This document shows positions 14,571 through 27,314 of a stretch of DNA of 64,000 nucleotides, piece by piece. Numbering within the stretch: the stretch's first letter is position 1; every line of letters starts with the position of its first letter. The translations under genes and the position numbers were made by a program. Origin of the DNA: Octopus vulgaris (taxonomy: Eukaryota). Location of the stretch: NCBI GenBank assembly GCA_951406725.2, contig OX597820.1, forward strand, positions 63,736,001 to 63,800,000, in the 5' to 3' direction. The notes beneath the pieces are model-generated. The model did no database searches, was not told the origin of the DNA, and worked only from the letters and a program-made list of their open reading frames with translations.

Positions 14571-15017
14571 ATAAAAATGTGTAATAGATTCATAAGATCC
14601 TATCTGATTGCTAATTAGTATCTTACATCTAGAAAACGATAGGACAAATACTCACTTCTGAACTTGATCATAAAATCATAAATGAATAACATAAGGAGAT
14701 CATAAGGAGATTTAATTGATAACCTCAAACTGCTTTCCTCGAAGTTCTCCCGTGCCAGTCAGTCTACTAACCTCACCGCACATTCTTAAACATTATGATG
14801 GTAAATTAACTTCAGTCTTATATAACATATCATTGCATGAGTAATATAATTACATTTACCGGTTTCTATGATGGATACGTTTTTTTCGCGTAACTAAACT
14901 ATAATATCATTAAAATGCATCCAGACACATCAGTCTTTATATTACATTAAAATCTAATCTACAAAACCTTTTGAGTACTCGTCTCTTCTATATCAAATAC
15001 GTGTGTAATATATATAC

Positions 15018-15088
<71 letters not shown>

Positions 15089-15806
15089 TATATATGTATG
15101 TATATATTCATACATACAAACATGCACATGTGTATGTGTGCGCAAAAATAGTCATATATATTTTTATGTATTTGATATGTATGTATATATTAAAGTGCAT
15201 ATATATCCACATGTATGGACGAATATATCCATATGTATGTGCATTCACGTGTGTGTGGTTTCGATGGGAGTGATTGCATTTATGTTTTAACTGATATAAC
15301 TCCACATAATTATTATAGTACAGATATTTCCAGAAACATAAATTGCCTCTGTTCCTTCACAGGGAGTTTAAAACTACATAATATCATTTTTAATAACATT
15401 AACTACAGTATTATTGATAATGACCTTAAACTTCTATCAAAAATGTTTTCTTATTTTTAACTGAAATTTTACATAAGCCACCCTCGACGCAATTTTAATT
15501 ACCCAGTCAAAATATTTCATAAATAATATTCTCTATCCATATATTAGAGCTTTTGTTTAGCTCTTGTTTATGTTTTTAATATATAATCAAAATCTGTTGT
15601 GTCTCAACTGACTTGCGTGTGTACATATTATATATGTACATATCATGCATATACATTTACGCATACGTTCATACATAAATGTATATATATTTATATATAC
15701 ATACATGCATACATAAATGTATATATATTTATATATACATACATGCATATATATTTATAAATACATATATGTATTTATATATACATATATGTATATGTAT
15801 TTATAA

Positions 15807-15846
<40 letters not shown>

Positions 15847-15939
15847 GAGTGTGTTTGTGTGTGCATATGCGTGTATGTACATATGTGTGTACGTATGTAT
15901 AGATATATATGTACATATATACATGTACATATACATATA

Positions 15940-16009
<70 letters not shown>

Positions 16010-17124
16010 TGGCAAATAAAATGAGACAACAGAGCGAAGGCTGTGAGGAATTTTCAGGACATTTATAATTAGAAAGTTAGTCTTACAGTTTTTTTTTCTG
16101 GGATATTAGGTATATCCTTTCATCAGAGACAGAAAAAGTAGAGCTCAATGTAAGGAGTTGTTTTGGAAAAGGATGGAAATAAGACGTATAAAGGGAAATA
16201 AGAGAATAAAGGTGGAAATAAAAATATATGTAGGATGTTATAGTTGCAGTTCCATTATGCAAGGAAAGTGGTGTGTAGAAGTGGTAGAAATACTTCTTGT
16301 CCATGGTATGTAAAATCCGATAGGTGTTCATATTTTGCCATTACAAATGGAAATTGCGGAGATGTTGATTCTATGTGGTCTTCATTCAAAGGGATCTTGA
16401 GGTGTGAAAGAAATTTTGAGAATGTAGTGGTAGTATTAAGTAGATACAGAGGAGAGAAAAATGCGTATCTTAAAATAAGGAGAAAGGTCAAAAGGAATAG
16501 GAGAGGAAAGAAGAAAGTAAAAAGAAGAAATAGGGAAAGAAAATGAGAAATGTGAAAAAGTGTAAAAAAGGAAAAAAAAGAGTGTTGGTGGTCAAGATAT
16601 TATGACGAGGATGTGAGAGGAGTAGGGGAGGGATATGAAGAGATAAGAATGTAAGGAATGAATATGAATGAGGAGTGGGACGTGGGGTAATATGTTTGAA
16701 CGGCATTAATATGGAGGGATGGATAGAAAATGGTAAAGGAGGGGTATACTAAAGTGAGTAGTAAACCTTAAAAGAGGTGTTTATTGTACTGGTTAATGTG
16801 ATAGTAGAGGCTAAGGAATCAGAGAGAAAGAGCTTCCAGTGATTCACCTTGTGAATCTATCGACTTTTGTTTCACTGTTCAGTGTATGTTCCATAGAAAC
16901 AGTTTAGAGAGCCTAAACTAGAAATACATGCATATTTAAGCATATATGCATGTGGGTAGTCGTATGTATGTATAAATGTATAAATATATATATATATATT
17001 TATATATATGTGTGTGTGTGTTTGTGACTGCGTATATATGTATATATATATATATTATTTGTATATACATATATATGTCTGGATTACTGCTCCTAGCTAT
17101 GTTCACCCAACAATGTGAAATTAA

Positions 17125-17600
17125 CAGCGGACCTTGAAGCAATCCAGAGAAGATTCATACTTGGAAAGGCTGAAACATCTAAGAATCGACTCCCTAGAGC
17201 GAAGGCAGGAGAAGTATTCCTGGAAGGTATTCTGCCAGATTTTAGCATTGAAAGCTACACCAATGCCTAAACGAGTCGACACTGCATAGTGCCAAAGATC
17301 CCAGCAAGGCCATAGCGCTTCAGGACCAGTTACTGCAACAGCCTGAGTTCCAGTGGCCCACAGCTTTTGATATTCTCCCAAAGTCACTGAGTAAATGTAG
17401 GCGTTTTTAAATCAAGGCTGGTACTCTTCTTGTCGAGAGTCCCAGATGACCTACCTCACGGCAAGACGTGCAAATGAGAGTAACTATATGAAACTCTATT
17501 CGTCACCAAGTGCCACATGTTGGAGGAGGCTCTCAGTAATAACAGTGTAGCAAAATGGCGGTGCATGAGCATGGCCGCAGCTCTGAGCTGAAACTACAGG
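17125..17600 (+). mobile_element. CR1-clade LINE 3' end
   Basis: LKHLRIDSLERRQEKY matches the CR1 L.L.SLERRR.R motif; ends ggcggtgcatgagcatggccgcagctctgagctgaaac. Confidence 0.65.
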
Positions 17601-17681
17601 AAATATGTATACACATATATATATATGCACATATTCACACGCACGCATACTCACACACACACACACAAACACACACGCTCA

Positions 17682-17713
<32 letters not shown>

Positions 17714-18291
17714 GATATATATATATATACATACCAACATATATACATTTATACGTGCGTTCTGCATTTTTTATGTGTAAAACAGAAATTATAATGAAAA
17801 AGTGCTCGTTAGCAAAATTTCATATGTATCTAAAGTCCCCTTTAATTTAGTCGCCCATCCATCAGCATCCATCATATACCCCTCTATTTTCATATCATAT
17901 GTTATACAGCTCATCGATCTTTATTATCTGGAAAGAGCAAGTTATATAAAAAAAAATCCGAAAAACTACAAAATATATTATAAAACAACAAAAATATTCG
18001 ATACAAAATAATCACAAAAACTAATCAAATAACAAGGTAATTATCATATAATTTTTTTTATATTATTTTAAAATTAACGATTTTAAAAAATATTTTGTAT
18101 TCGTATGGCTCTATCTATTCATCACACACAGAACACTTTGCGATTTTGTCGTAAGGAATCCTAGAGAATGGAAATTAGATATCCCTTTTTGAATATGCAT
18201 TAAAGTTGATGATAGCTTCGTATTTGGATCCAAAGATGAAATCAGTAAATTAAAACTCGATTATGCTTGTTGCAACCAGACCTCGATTGGA

Positions 18292-18339
<48 letters not shown>

Positions 18340-18345
18340 GACTAC
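18292..18345. repeat. (TAC)n microsatellite
   Basis: Trinucleotide run. Confidence 0.9.
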
Positions 18346-18601
18346 TGTTGTTGTTTCTGTATGTTTTTTGCTGCTGCTACGGCTACTGCTGTTTCTGCTG
18401 CTGTACTGCTGTTATGGATCTCTATTTCAGGATCATAACCTTATCAGAAACATACATCAGACAGCAATTCATCACGAGAGTGAGCGTTCATATATATAGA
18501 GATATATGTGTGTACGTGTATATATATATATATGTATGTGTGTGTGTGCGTGTGCGTGTGTGTGTGTGTGTGTTGTTACTTTTATTACTATACACACATA
18601 T

Positions 18602-18634
<33 letters not shown>

Positions 18635-18649
18635 CATATATATAATATA

Positions 18650-18969
18650 TGAGTAGCTTGCTTACCACATATTTCCTGGTTCAGTCCCACTGCGGGGCAC
18701 CTTTGGCAAGTGTATTGTACTATAGGTTCGAGCCGACCAAATCCTTGTGAGTGGACTTGATAGGCGGAAACTATGTATGCGTGTGTGTTTGTTTGTCCCA
18801 CCACCATCGCTTGCCAACAGATGATGGTGTGTTTGTGTTCCCATAACCTAGCGGTTAGGCAAAAGCGAACCGATAGATAAGTACTAGGCTTACAAAGAAT
18901 AAGTCTTGCGGTCGATTTGCTCAACTAAATGCAGTGCTCCAGCATGGCCGCAGCCAAATGACTGAAACT
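18650..18969 (+). mobile_element. SINE (tRNA/CORE-like head, CR1-like tail); its tail continues at 19358-19385 after a nested insertion
   Basis: ggttcagtcccactgcggggcacctttggcaagtg head; tail gcagtgctccagcatggccgcagccaaatgactgaaac shared with 46858-46897. Confidence 0.7.
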
Positions 18970-19357
18970 GGAATGGAAGCACTCCGTCGGTTACGACGAC
19001 GAGGGTTCCGGTTGATCCGAATCAACGGAACAGCCTGCTCGTGAAATTAACGTGTAAGTGACTGAGCACGCCACAGACACGTGCACCCTTAACGTAGTTC
19101 TCGGGGATATTCAGCGTGACACAGAGAGTGACAAGGCCGGCCCTTTGAAATACAGGTACAACAGAAATAGGAAGTAAGAGTTAGAGAAAGTTGTGGTGAA
19201 AGAGTACAGCAGGGATCACCACCATCCCTGTCGGAGCCTCGTGGAGCTTTAGGTGTTTTCGCTCAATAAACACTCACAACGCCCGGTCTGGGAATCGAAA
19301 CCGCGATCCTATGACCGCGAGTCCGCTGCCCTAACCACTGGGCCATTGCGCCTCCAC
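18970..19357 (-). mobile_element. Full-length tRNA-derived SINE (same family as 162-544), nested in another SINE
   Basis: Near-identical reverse complement of 162-544; 11 bp TSD tgactgaaact at 18959-18969 and 19358-19368. Confidence 0.9.
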
Positions 19358-19441
19358 TGACTGAAACTAGTAAAAGAATAAAAGAACATATATATGACCT
19401 CTAAGCTAAATCGACCATCTGCATGGACGAAAAGGGCCAAT

Positions 19442-19482
<41 letters not shown>

Positions 19483-20799
19483 CCATCCATCTATCCATAT
19501 ATACATACATGTGTATACACACACACATACGGACACACACACACATATATATATTTATATGTTTTTCTGTGTATGTATAGTTTTATAAATATGTTTATAT
19601 GTGTGGTTATGTATTTGTATATGCGTGCGCTTGTATGTTTCTCTTTCGTAGCTGTATATGCAATTTGATTGAGAAACAGATCCTTTTTAGTTTGAATTTT
19701 CAAATGGAATTAGGTCGAAATAGAAAGCAAACAGAAGCAACTATGGACATTACTGATGATATTCTTGCAATTTTTATCAAAATATTAATGATTTCCGTCT
19801 TTTTGCATAAGGATTGACTTCATGTTTTGAAGCAGTAGATTTTAGTCGTTTAATATTGATTCTAATGCTACAGATATTCGCGTGTCATCAAATTACCATA
19901 AATATATCTTTTTCTATCTCGGGTTGTAGCCTGCTAGAAACTGTTGAATACATGAATACGTAAAAATTATATCTTGAGAATTTCTAAGCATGGTGTTCAG
20001 TGTTCAGGGTCCGTTTAAATGCTACCAAATTCTGTTTTGAGTGCTATTTTTCCGTCTGTTTTTTTACAGCACTGAACGAGTAAGCCAGTGATTGAGTCAT
20101 CCTGTGTGAGGATGGCTGTAAAGGGACAGTCATGGCAGAGTGGTGAAGAACATGTCTACGTAATCACATCATTTTGACAGTGTATTCTACTATTGCTCCG
20201 AGTGAAATGATGTCTTGTGTGTGAATTTGGTTGAACACGACATATGTGAATTAGACAGATAGAACATATATGCATGTATGTATGTGTATGTGCATATGTA
20301 TGCGCGTGCCTTTCGCTCACCCCAGAACACGTGTCAACTTCTTTACGCTTAGTGGTAAATTATACTTATAGACAGAGTAACAAACTTTGGAAAGAGTAAA
20401 TACTTCAAAGCGGCTTCTTAGTATGGCCGATGGCCAATGACTGGAACAAGTAAAATGATATATATATATATATATATACATCATCGGACACACTGACACC
20501 CGGACATACACACAGACACACTCACACATCCACACATACACATACCTACACACACACTCACAGGCGCGCGCACATACACGCTTGTGCACGCCTGCGCACG
20601 CATACACGCATGCATGCACCACGCTCGTGGGTACCGACTATTTCTCCTGTTCGTATCTGGGGCTGGCGCGTGTCTTTGGGTTCTCCCACGCCTGTCGCCG
20701 CGGGACCACTCTTCCATCTTTCCCTCAGCTGCAGTTTTTTTTCCTTAATACCCCCCCCCCCTTTGTTGTACACACACGCACACACATACACACACCCAC

Positions 20800-21457
20800 T
20801 CACACACACACATTTGCATATACATATACATTACATTTACACACACGTCAAATTTACTTGCCATACATACAACTACGCACACTGGACACACACACACTAC
20901 CACTCAACACACACACTGGCACGTTACATACGCCCCCACCCTTTCCCTCCTTCCCTTCTTCCCTCCTTCCTCCTTTTTTTACCACTGACCACACACTTGA
21001 GACTTGTTATGTCAACTACTGTTCGCCCTACCAAACACACTTACATACAGACGCACGCACTAACATATACATATATTTTTTATTTTTTTATCTCGCCTCA
21101 CACACACATACACACGCACACGCACACACTCACACATACATACACATCATTTTTTGTTACCAACCTTCCTGTCTCCACTCTTTTGGCTTTAAAAACCTAC
21201 TTTGCCCTTGTTTTCCAAAACTTCCGGTCTTTCAGCATGTGTACTTCGTAAACACCAGTCGCGTTTTTTTTCCCTCTTTCGCCCACATCGGGATCTTTCT
21301 TTCTTCTTTCTTCCTTCTCTTATGTTTCCGACGAAGAGCTCCGCTCGAAACGTCATACCCTCCTTCTTCCATTTTCCTGAGCGCCTAATAATAATAATAC
21401 TGTATTTGTTCCACGTGTTGTTGTTTTTTCTGTTTTCCCGTTTGGATTAACCTTATA
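20800..21457 (+). repeat. 5' pseudo-LTR of the Penelope element
   Basis: Highly similar to 26310-26965, from catttgcatatacatatacattac to tttggattaaccttata. Confidence 0.9.
21328..21354 (+). ncRNA. Minimal hammerhead-like motif in pLTR (variant core CCGACGA)
   Basis: CCGACGA-A-GAGC-tcc-GCTC-GAAA-CGTC, with palindromic ACGT at stem III; stem I not obvious. Confidence 0.6.
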
Positions 21458-21773
21458 CCCCTGCGCGCTTACACGGACCCCTTGTGCCTTGGATACCAAT
21501 TCCCGGATTTTTGCACCTACGGATTACTGTTACCATTCTTCCGGACTCACGGATTACCTGCTACCTTTCTTCCGGAGTACTGCCACTATCGTGATTGAAA
21601 ATCAATATTTAATCTGTCCGTTGACTCTCAAAACTCTTTCCTAACTTTTTTCATCTTTTTAAAATTGTTTTCAAACTGTCTTCACCTTTTTCTTCTTTTT
21701 TGTCTTCTTTTTGTCTCTCCTTTTTTCTGTATCGCCACCACCCACATTTACCTGTTTGCCACCACTTCTCATC

Positions 21774-24590
21774 ATGCCTGACTTGCACTCGTTCGTCCAA
21801 CTCCTTCAATCCCTCCTTAGGCGCTATCTCGCGTTCTACCCCCCACAATGTTCCGCACCTGCTATAAAACTTTCCCGCTTGCCTTCTAAGAAAACTCGCC
21901 ATTCTAGCCATCTCTCCTTCTTCAGCCGTTGCCTCCGCCATCATGTCACACCCCGCGGTTTCCTCCTGAAGTCCCACGCTACCCCCTATTCCTCCCCCTT
22001 CATCGAACCCACCCTCGCTCGTACCTCCCGCTCCCTCCTCCGCGCCACCATCCGCTCCACCCGCCCCCACCTTGACTCCCTCGACCATCAACTTCCCCAG
22101 GCCTACCTCCTTCTCTCCGCCCTCTGCCCTCCACTCTTCACCCAACCTATCCTCCGCTTCATCCTTAATCTCAACCACCAACTCCACAACTTCCTCACAC
22201 ACAAAAAAAACAAAAAACTCCACCACCTCCTCAACCCCTCACCCCTTCCTCATCATCCCCCACTGCTCCCCACCCCCTCATTCGCACCTCCCCCTCCCCC
22301 TTCCACGGACCCCCACCCCCACCGTGACCTTCCTACGCCTAACCCATCTTCACCCAACCACCCCTACCCTCCCCTTCACACCCCTGCACCCCCTCTGCCT
22401 GACTTAAGTCCTCCCACCACCCCGCTTCCTCGCGCTGTTGTCACTATACCCCCAACCTCCCCCTCTCCGCCACCGAGCGCTCTCACCTCAGTAAGGGTCT
22501 CCGCTTCACGCCACTCAGGCGCCACTGTGATGAGTTCGAGACTCGGGCTGACGTCAACCTGTTCCTGCGCCGCCTCAAACTTTGCGCATTCTACCACGCG
22601 TCCCCGCAGCGTCACAACAATCAGGATTGCCTTTTGGAGCTGGGGCGTCGTCCATCCAACTGGACGCCGCCCCAGGCCTATTCAGTAGCCTAGATTCGTT
22701 TGTACATGACTGCAACGCGTTGGTCCACCGGTTCAACTTTGAACCAAGACCCCGCCGAGCCAACCTCACTTGGGCCGAATCCATTGCCCTTCGCCACCTC
22801 CGCCGCCGTAATGACATCGTCATCAAACCGGCGGACAAAGGCGGGGCAGTGGTAGTGTGGCGCGTGGACCTATACAGAGAGGAAGCTTCAAAATCCCCTC
22901 TTCTATCGCCTCCTCCCCTCCGATCCCACCTCCTCCTACCAACAGCGAGTGTCCTCCACCATCCGCGACCTCATCTCCTCCTCTGCTCTCCCCCCCACCG
23001 CCACCAACCTCATCGTCCGCACACCCTGCACCTCCACCATCTACTTCCTTCCCAAGATCCATAAACCCTCTAATCCTGGCCGTCCCATAGTCTCTGCCTG
23101 TAATTGCCCCACTGAATACATTCCCTATACCTCGACCGCATCCTGTCCCTCTTAGTCGCAGCCCTCCCATCCCACATACACGACACCATCCACGCCCTCC
23201 GTCTCTTCAATTCCTTTTCCTTCCCTTCCAGCCCCTCACACCTCCTCTTCACATTAAAATCCCTGTATACAGTGAGTCCCCACAATGACGGTCTCCTAGC
23301 CCTCCAACACTTCCTCGACCGTCGTCCCGACCCCACCCCTAGCACCCCCACCCTTCTCCGCTTGGCTGAGCTCGTCCTCACCCTCAACTGCTTCACGTTC
23401 GCCGGGGAAACGTACCAACAGATGTCCGGGGTCGCGATGGGAACTAGGATGGGCCCCAATTTCGCCAATCTCTTTCTTGGGTACATTGAGGCCCAATTAT
23501 TCTCCCAGTTCTCTGGGCTGACCCCCAAACTATACGGTCGCTATATAGACGACTGCATAGGTGCCACCTCCCTTTCCCGTGAACTTCTCTGCCAATTCAT
23601 CTCTTTCCTTTCCAACTTTCACCCCTCTCTTCAATTCACCTCCACCATCTCCAACACCTCTGTCAACTTCCTTGACATCTCTCTCCGAATCGACCACCCC
23701 TCCAACTCTCTCACCACCACCGCCTTCTTTAAACCTACGGACTCCCACCTCTATCTCAACTTCTCCTCCTCCCACCCCTTCCACACCAAACGAGCCATGC
23801 CCTACTCCCAGTTCCTCCGCCTCCGACGTTTGTGCAGCCACGACCAGGATTTCGAGACCCAATCTCAATACCTGGCCCGCCTGTTCAGACTCCGAGGTTA
23901 CCCACCCATACTCATCTCTAATGCCCTCACCCGCGCCCGTCGCATCGACCGCACCACTGCCCTGTCTCCTTCCCATCACCCACCCCCAACCGCATCCCTT
24001 CCCCCTCCTTTTCCACCCCTCTACCCTACCCCTTCGTCGCAAGATACTACGTGCCTTCCGTCGCCTCCAGCTTGATCCCACAACCCGCCCCATTTTCCCT
24101 AACCCACCCCTGTCCTACTTCAAACGAGCCCGGAATCTACGTGACCTTCTGGTCCACAGCACCCTCTCTCCTTCCCCCTCAGCCCCACACGGATCATTCC
24201 CTTGCTCTAGATCCCGCTGCAACACTTGCCCCTTCATCACCAACACCACTGCTGTCACCGGCTCCAACCGGCGAACTGTACGTATTAGGCATTCTTTTAC
24301 GTGCACCTCGTCTGGCCTCATTTACTGCATTAAATGCAACCTATGCGGGATGCTGTATGTAGGACAGACGGGACGCCGGTTGTCCGACCGATTTACAGAA
24401 CATTTGAGGGACGTTCGCATACACTCTTTTTATCCCGTCGCACGCCACTTCCGCTCGGCCAGCCATTCCCTAGATGACATCTCAGTGTTTGGTCTCGCCC
24501 CGCACAATCGTCGTCCACTTGGAGCAACGCTACATCTTCACCCTACAAACCACTACCCCACACGGACTTAACACAGCCCCCTCCTCTTAA
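21774..24590 (+). pseudogene. Frameshifted Penelope polyprotein: N-terminal domain, reverse transcriptase, Cys linker, GIY-YIG endonuclease
   Basis: Motifs in order across frames: LSKGLRFTP, IVIKPADKGGAVVVW, YFLPKIHK..PGRPIVS, KSLYT, GVAMGTRMGPNFANLF, YGRYIDD, FLD, CSRSRCNTC, LIYCIKC..CGMLYVGQTGRRLSDRFTEH, PHGLN; stop TAA at 24588-24590. Confidence 0.9.
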
Positions 24591-24609
24591 GGTTATTTTT
24601 TTCCCCCTG

Positions 24610-25795
24610 ATAAACACACCCCACACACACACCCACCTACATCCCACACGCCTGTTCACACACACACACATACGGATACACATCTACGCACATACATTCA
24701 CACATTTAATCACACATACTTATAGACATACAAGCACACACTGACATACAAACCAACATGCACATACATACACACATACATACATATACACACACATACA
24801 TACTTACACACACACACACACACAGACATACATACACACATACATACACACATACATACGCACATACATACACACACACACACATCGCACATACATACTT
24901 CACACACCTATACTTACATACACACACACACATGCACACATACATGTATGCACACACACATACATACATACATACCCACACATGCACACCTTTACACGAA
25001 TGCACACACACATACACCTATTTGCACCCAGGCACCCCCCTTTCTGGTTTTGGTTGATGGATGCTCGGTTCCCGTGGAGCGGGTTGTTCGGGGGCCCCCG
25101 CGCGCGCACGCCTTGGCGCGTGCTGGGGGCTGGTCGGCCCCATGGGCTTGCGTTGTATTGTTTGTGTGTGGTGTGTGTGAGCGTGCTTCGTGTGTGTGGG
25201 CGTGCTTCGGGTGTGTGCGTACGTATGTATACATACATACCCACACACACGCATGCATCCCTACCCACATACATACACGCACACCTACTCACAGATACAC
25301 ATACACACACACATACACACACACATACCCGCACACACACGCATACATACATACACACACATACCTACTTCAGACATGCACACATACACACACACACATA
25401 CCCGCACACACACACATACATACATACACACAAATACCTACTTCAGACATACACACACACGGACACACACTCATACACTCACACTCACACGCATACACAC
25501 ACACACACATACACACGCACACGCACACATACACACACACACACCTACATACATACATTACACTTGTACACACACACACTTACATTCATACACACACACC
25601 TACACAGCCATACCTTCACTCATACATACACACATACCTACACACACACACAAACACACATAGACACACACCCATACATACATAAACCTATACACACACG
25701 CCTACACACATACATACACACATACATAAACACACACACATACACATACACATACATACGCACACACACATATACTTACACACATGCACACACAC

Positions 25796-25832
<37 letters not shown>

Positions 25833-26310
25833 TACATACTTACTACTCCTATACGCACATACATACACACATACATACACACATACACACTCACACATAC
25901 ATACACACATACTTACACACACACTCGCCTGCACGCGCGCACACATGCATGACAAACACCCATACACTCACACTCACATACACACACACCAACATATACA
26001 CGCACACGCACATATACACGCACACACACCTACACCCCCACACACATACATACGCACCTACATACACACACACACGCATACACACGCACACACGCATACA
26101 TACGTATATTACATACGAACACACACACCTACATACACATGCATACACACACACAAACATACACGGACACACCATACATACATACATACATACATACATA
26201 CACCTATACACACACGCCTACACACCTACATACACACACATGCATACACACACATACACGGTCACACACTTTTGCATACACACACGCACACACATACACA
26301 CACACACACT
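24610..26310 (+). repeat. Cryptic (CA/CATA)-rich low-complexity 3' region of the PLE
   Basis: ~1.7 kb of imperfect CA/CATA repeats between the ORF stop and the 3' pLTR, with a GC-rich island at 25020-25215. Confidence 0.85.
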
Positions 26311-26957
26311 CACAAACACACATTTGCATATACATATACATTACACTTACACACACGTCAAATTTACTTGCCATACATACAACTACGCACACTGGACACG
26401 CACACACTACCACACAACACACACACTGGCACGTTACATACGCCCCCACCCTTTCCCTCCTTCCCTTCTTCCTTCCTTCCTCCTTTTTTTACCACTGACC
26501 ACTCACTTGAGACTTGCTATGTCAACTACTGTTCGCCCTACCAAACACACTTACATACAGACGCACGCACTAACATATACATATATTTTTTGTTTTATCT
26601 CGCCTCACACACACATACACACACGCACACGCACACACTCACACATACATACACATCATTTTTTGTTACCAACCTTCCTGTCTCCACTCTTTTGGCTTTA
26701 AAAACCTACTTTGCCCTTGTTTTCCAAAACTTCCGGTCTTTCAGCATGTGTACTTCGTAAACACCAGTCGCGTTTTTTTCCCTCTTTCGCCCACATCGGG
26801 ATCTTTCTTTCTTTTTTCTTCCTTCTCTTATGTTTCCGACGAAGAGCTCCGCTCGAAACGTCATACCCTCCTTCTTCCATTTTCCTGAGCACCTAATAAT
26901 AATAATACTGTATTTGTTCCACGTGTTGTTGTTTTTTCTGTTTTCCCGTTTGGATTA

Positions 26958-26965
<8 letters not shown>
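26310..26965 (+). repeat. 3' pseudo-LTR of the Penelope element
   Basis: Direct repeat of 20800-21457, running directly into (TA)n. Confidence 0.9.
26836..26862 (+). ncRNA. Minimal hammerhead-like motif, second pLTR copy
   Basis: Identical to 21328-21354. Confidence 0.6.
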
Positions 26966-27034
<69 letters not shown>

Positions 27035-27273
27035 GTTTGTATATATACATATATATGTACAAATATATATAGATATAAATGTATGCGTATATATATATAT
27101 ATGTCAATAGTAATCGCCAAACTAATATGGCAGTCCATAAATATAAGACTAAAGCTGTCGCTGATTAGCTCCTAGAGGCCATCGCCTCTTGCTAGCTATA
27201 TGACACGCGAACCTGCGTCCATTACAATCTTCGAACAGGGGAGGTCAGCCGCTTCAACTTGCTGGTCAGACAT

Positions 27274-27314
27274 CTGCAGTCATGTTTCAGAGTTGTTGCC
27301 CTTTATCAATGCAG
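27274..27314 (-). ncRNA. Hammerhead ribozyme copy 1 (cleavage triplet mutated to GAC)
   Basis: Minus strand: ctgca TTGATAA aggg caacaa ctct GAAA catg AC tgcag. Confidence 0.6.

Larger units (their letters stand above)
20480..26965 (+). mobile_element. Penelope-like retroelement (Neptune-type), near full length, with flanking pseudo-LTRs, inserted in (TA)n
   Basis: RT plus GIY-YIG coding region; ~660 bp direct repeats at 20800-21457 and 26310-26965; (TA)n on both sides. Confidence 0.9.

Noticed and set aside
16080-16840. Purine-rich block as a LINE fragment
   Set aside because: Probably an old minus-strand retroelement remnant, but no diagnostic motif could be read
21651-22226. Antisense Glu/Gly-rich ORF (also 23070-24093, minus)
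   Set aside because: By-product of the extreme C-richness of the PLE coding strand
24982-26760. 592 aa His/Thr-rich ORF and overlapping ORFs
   Set aside because: Translation of CA/CATA repeats that lack stop codons; the same applies to the many YI/CV/HT-rich ORFs across the window
20800-26965. LTR retrotransposon interpretation of the direct repeats
   Set aside because: No TG..CA termini, gag, protease or integrase; RT plus GIY-YIG and the hammerhead motif indicate PLE pseudo-LTRs
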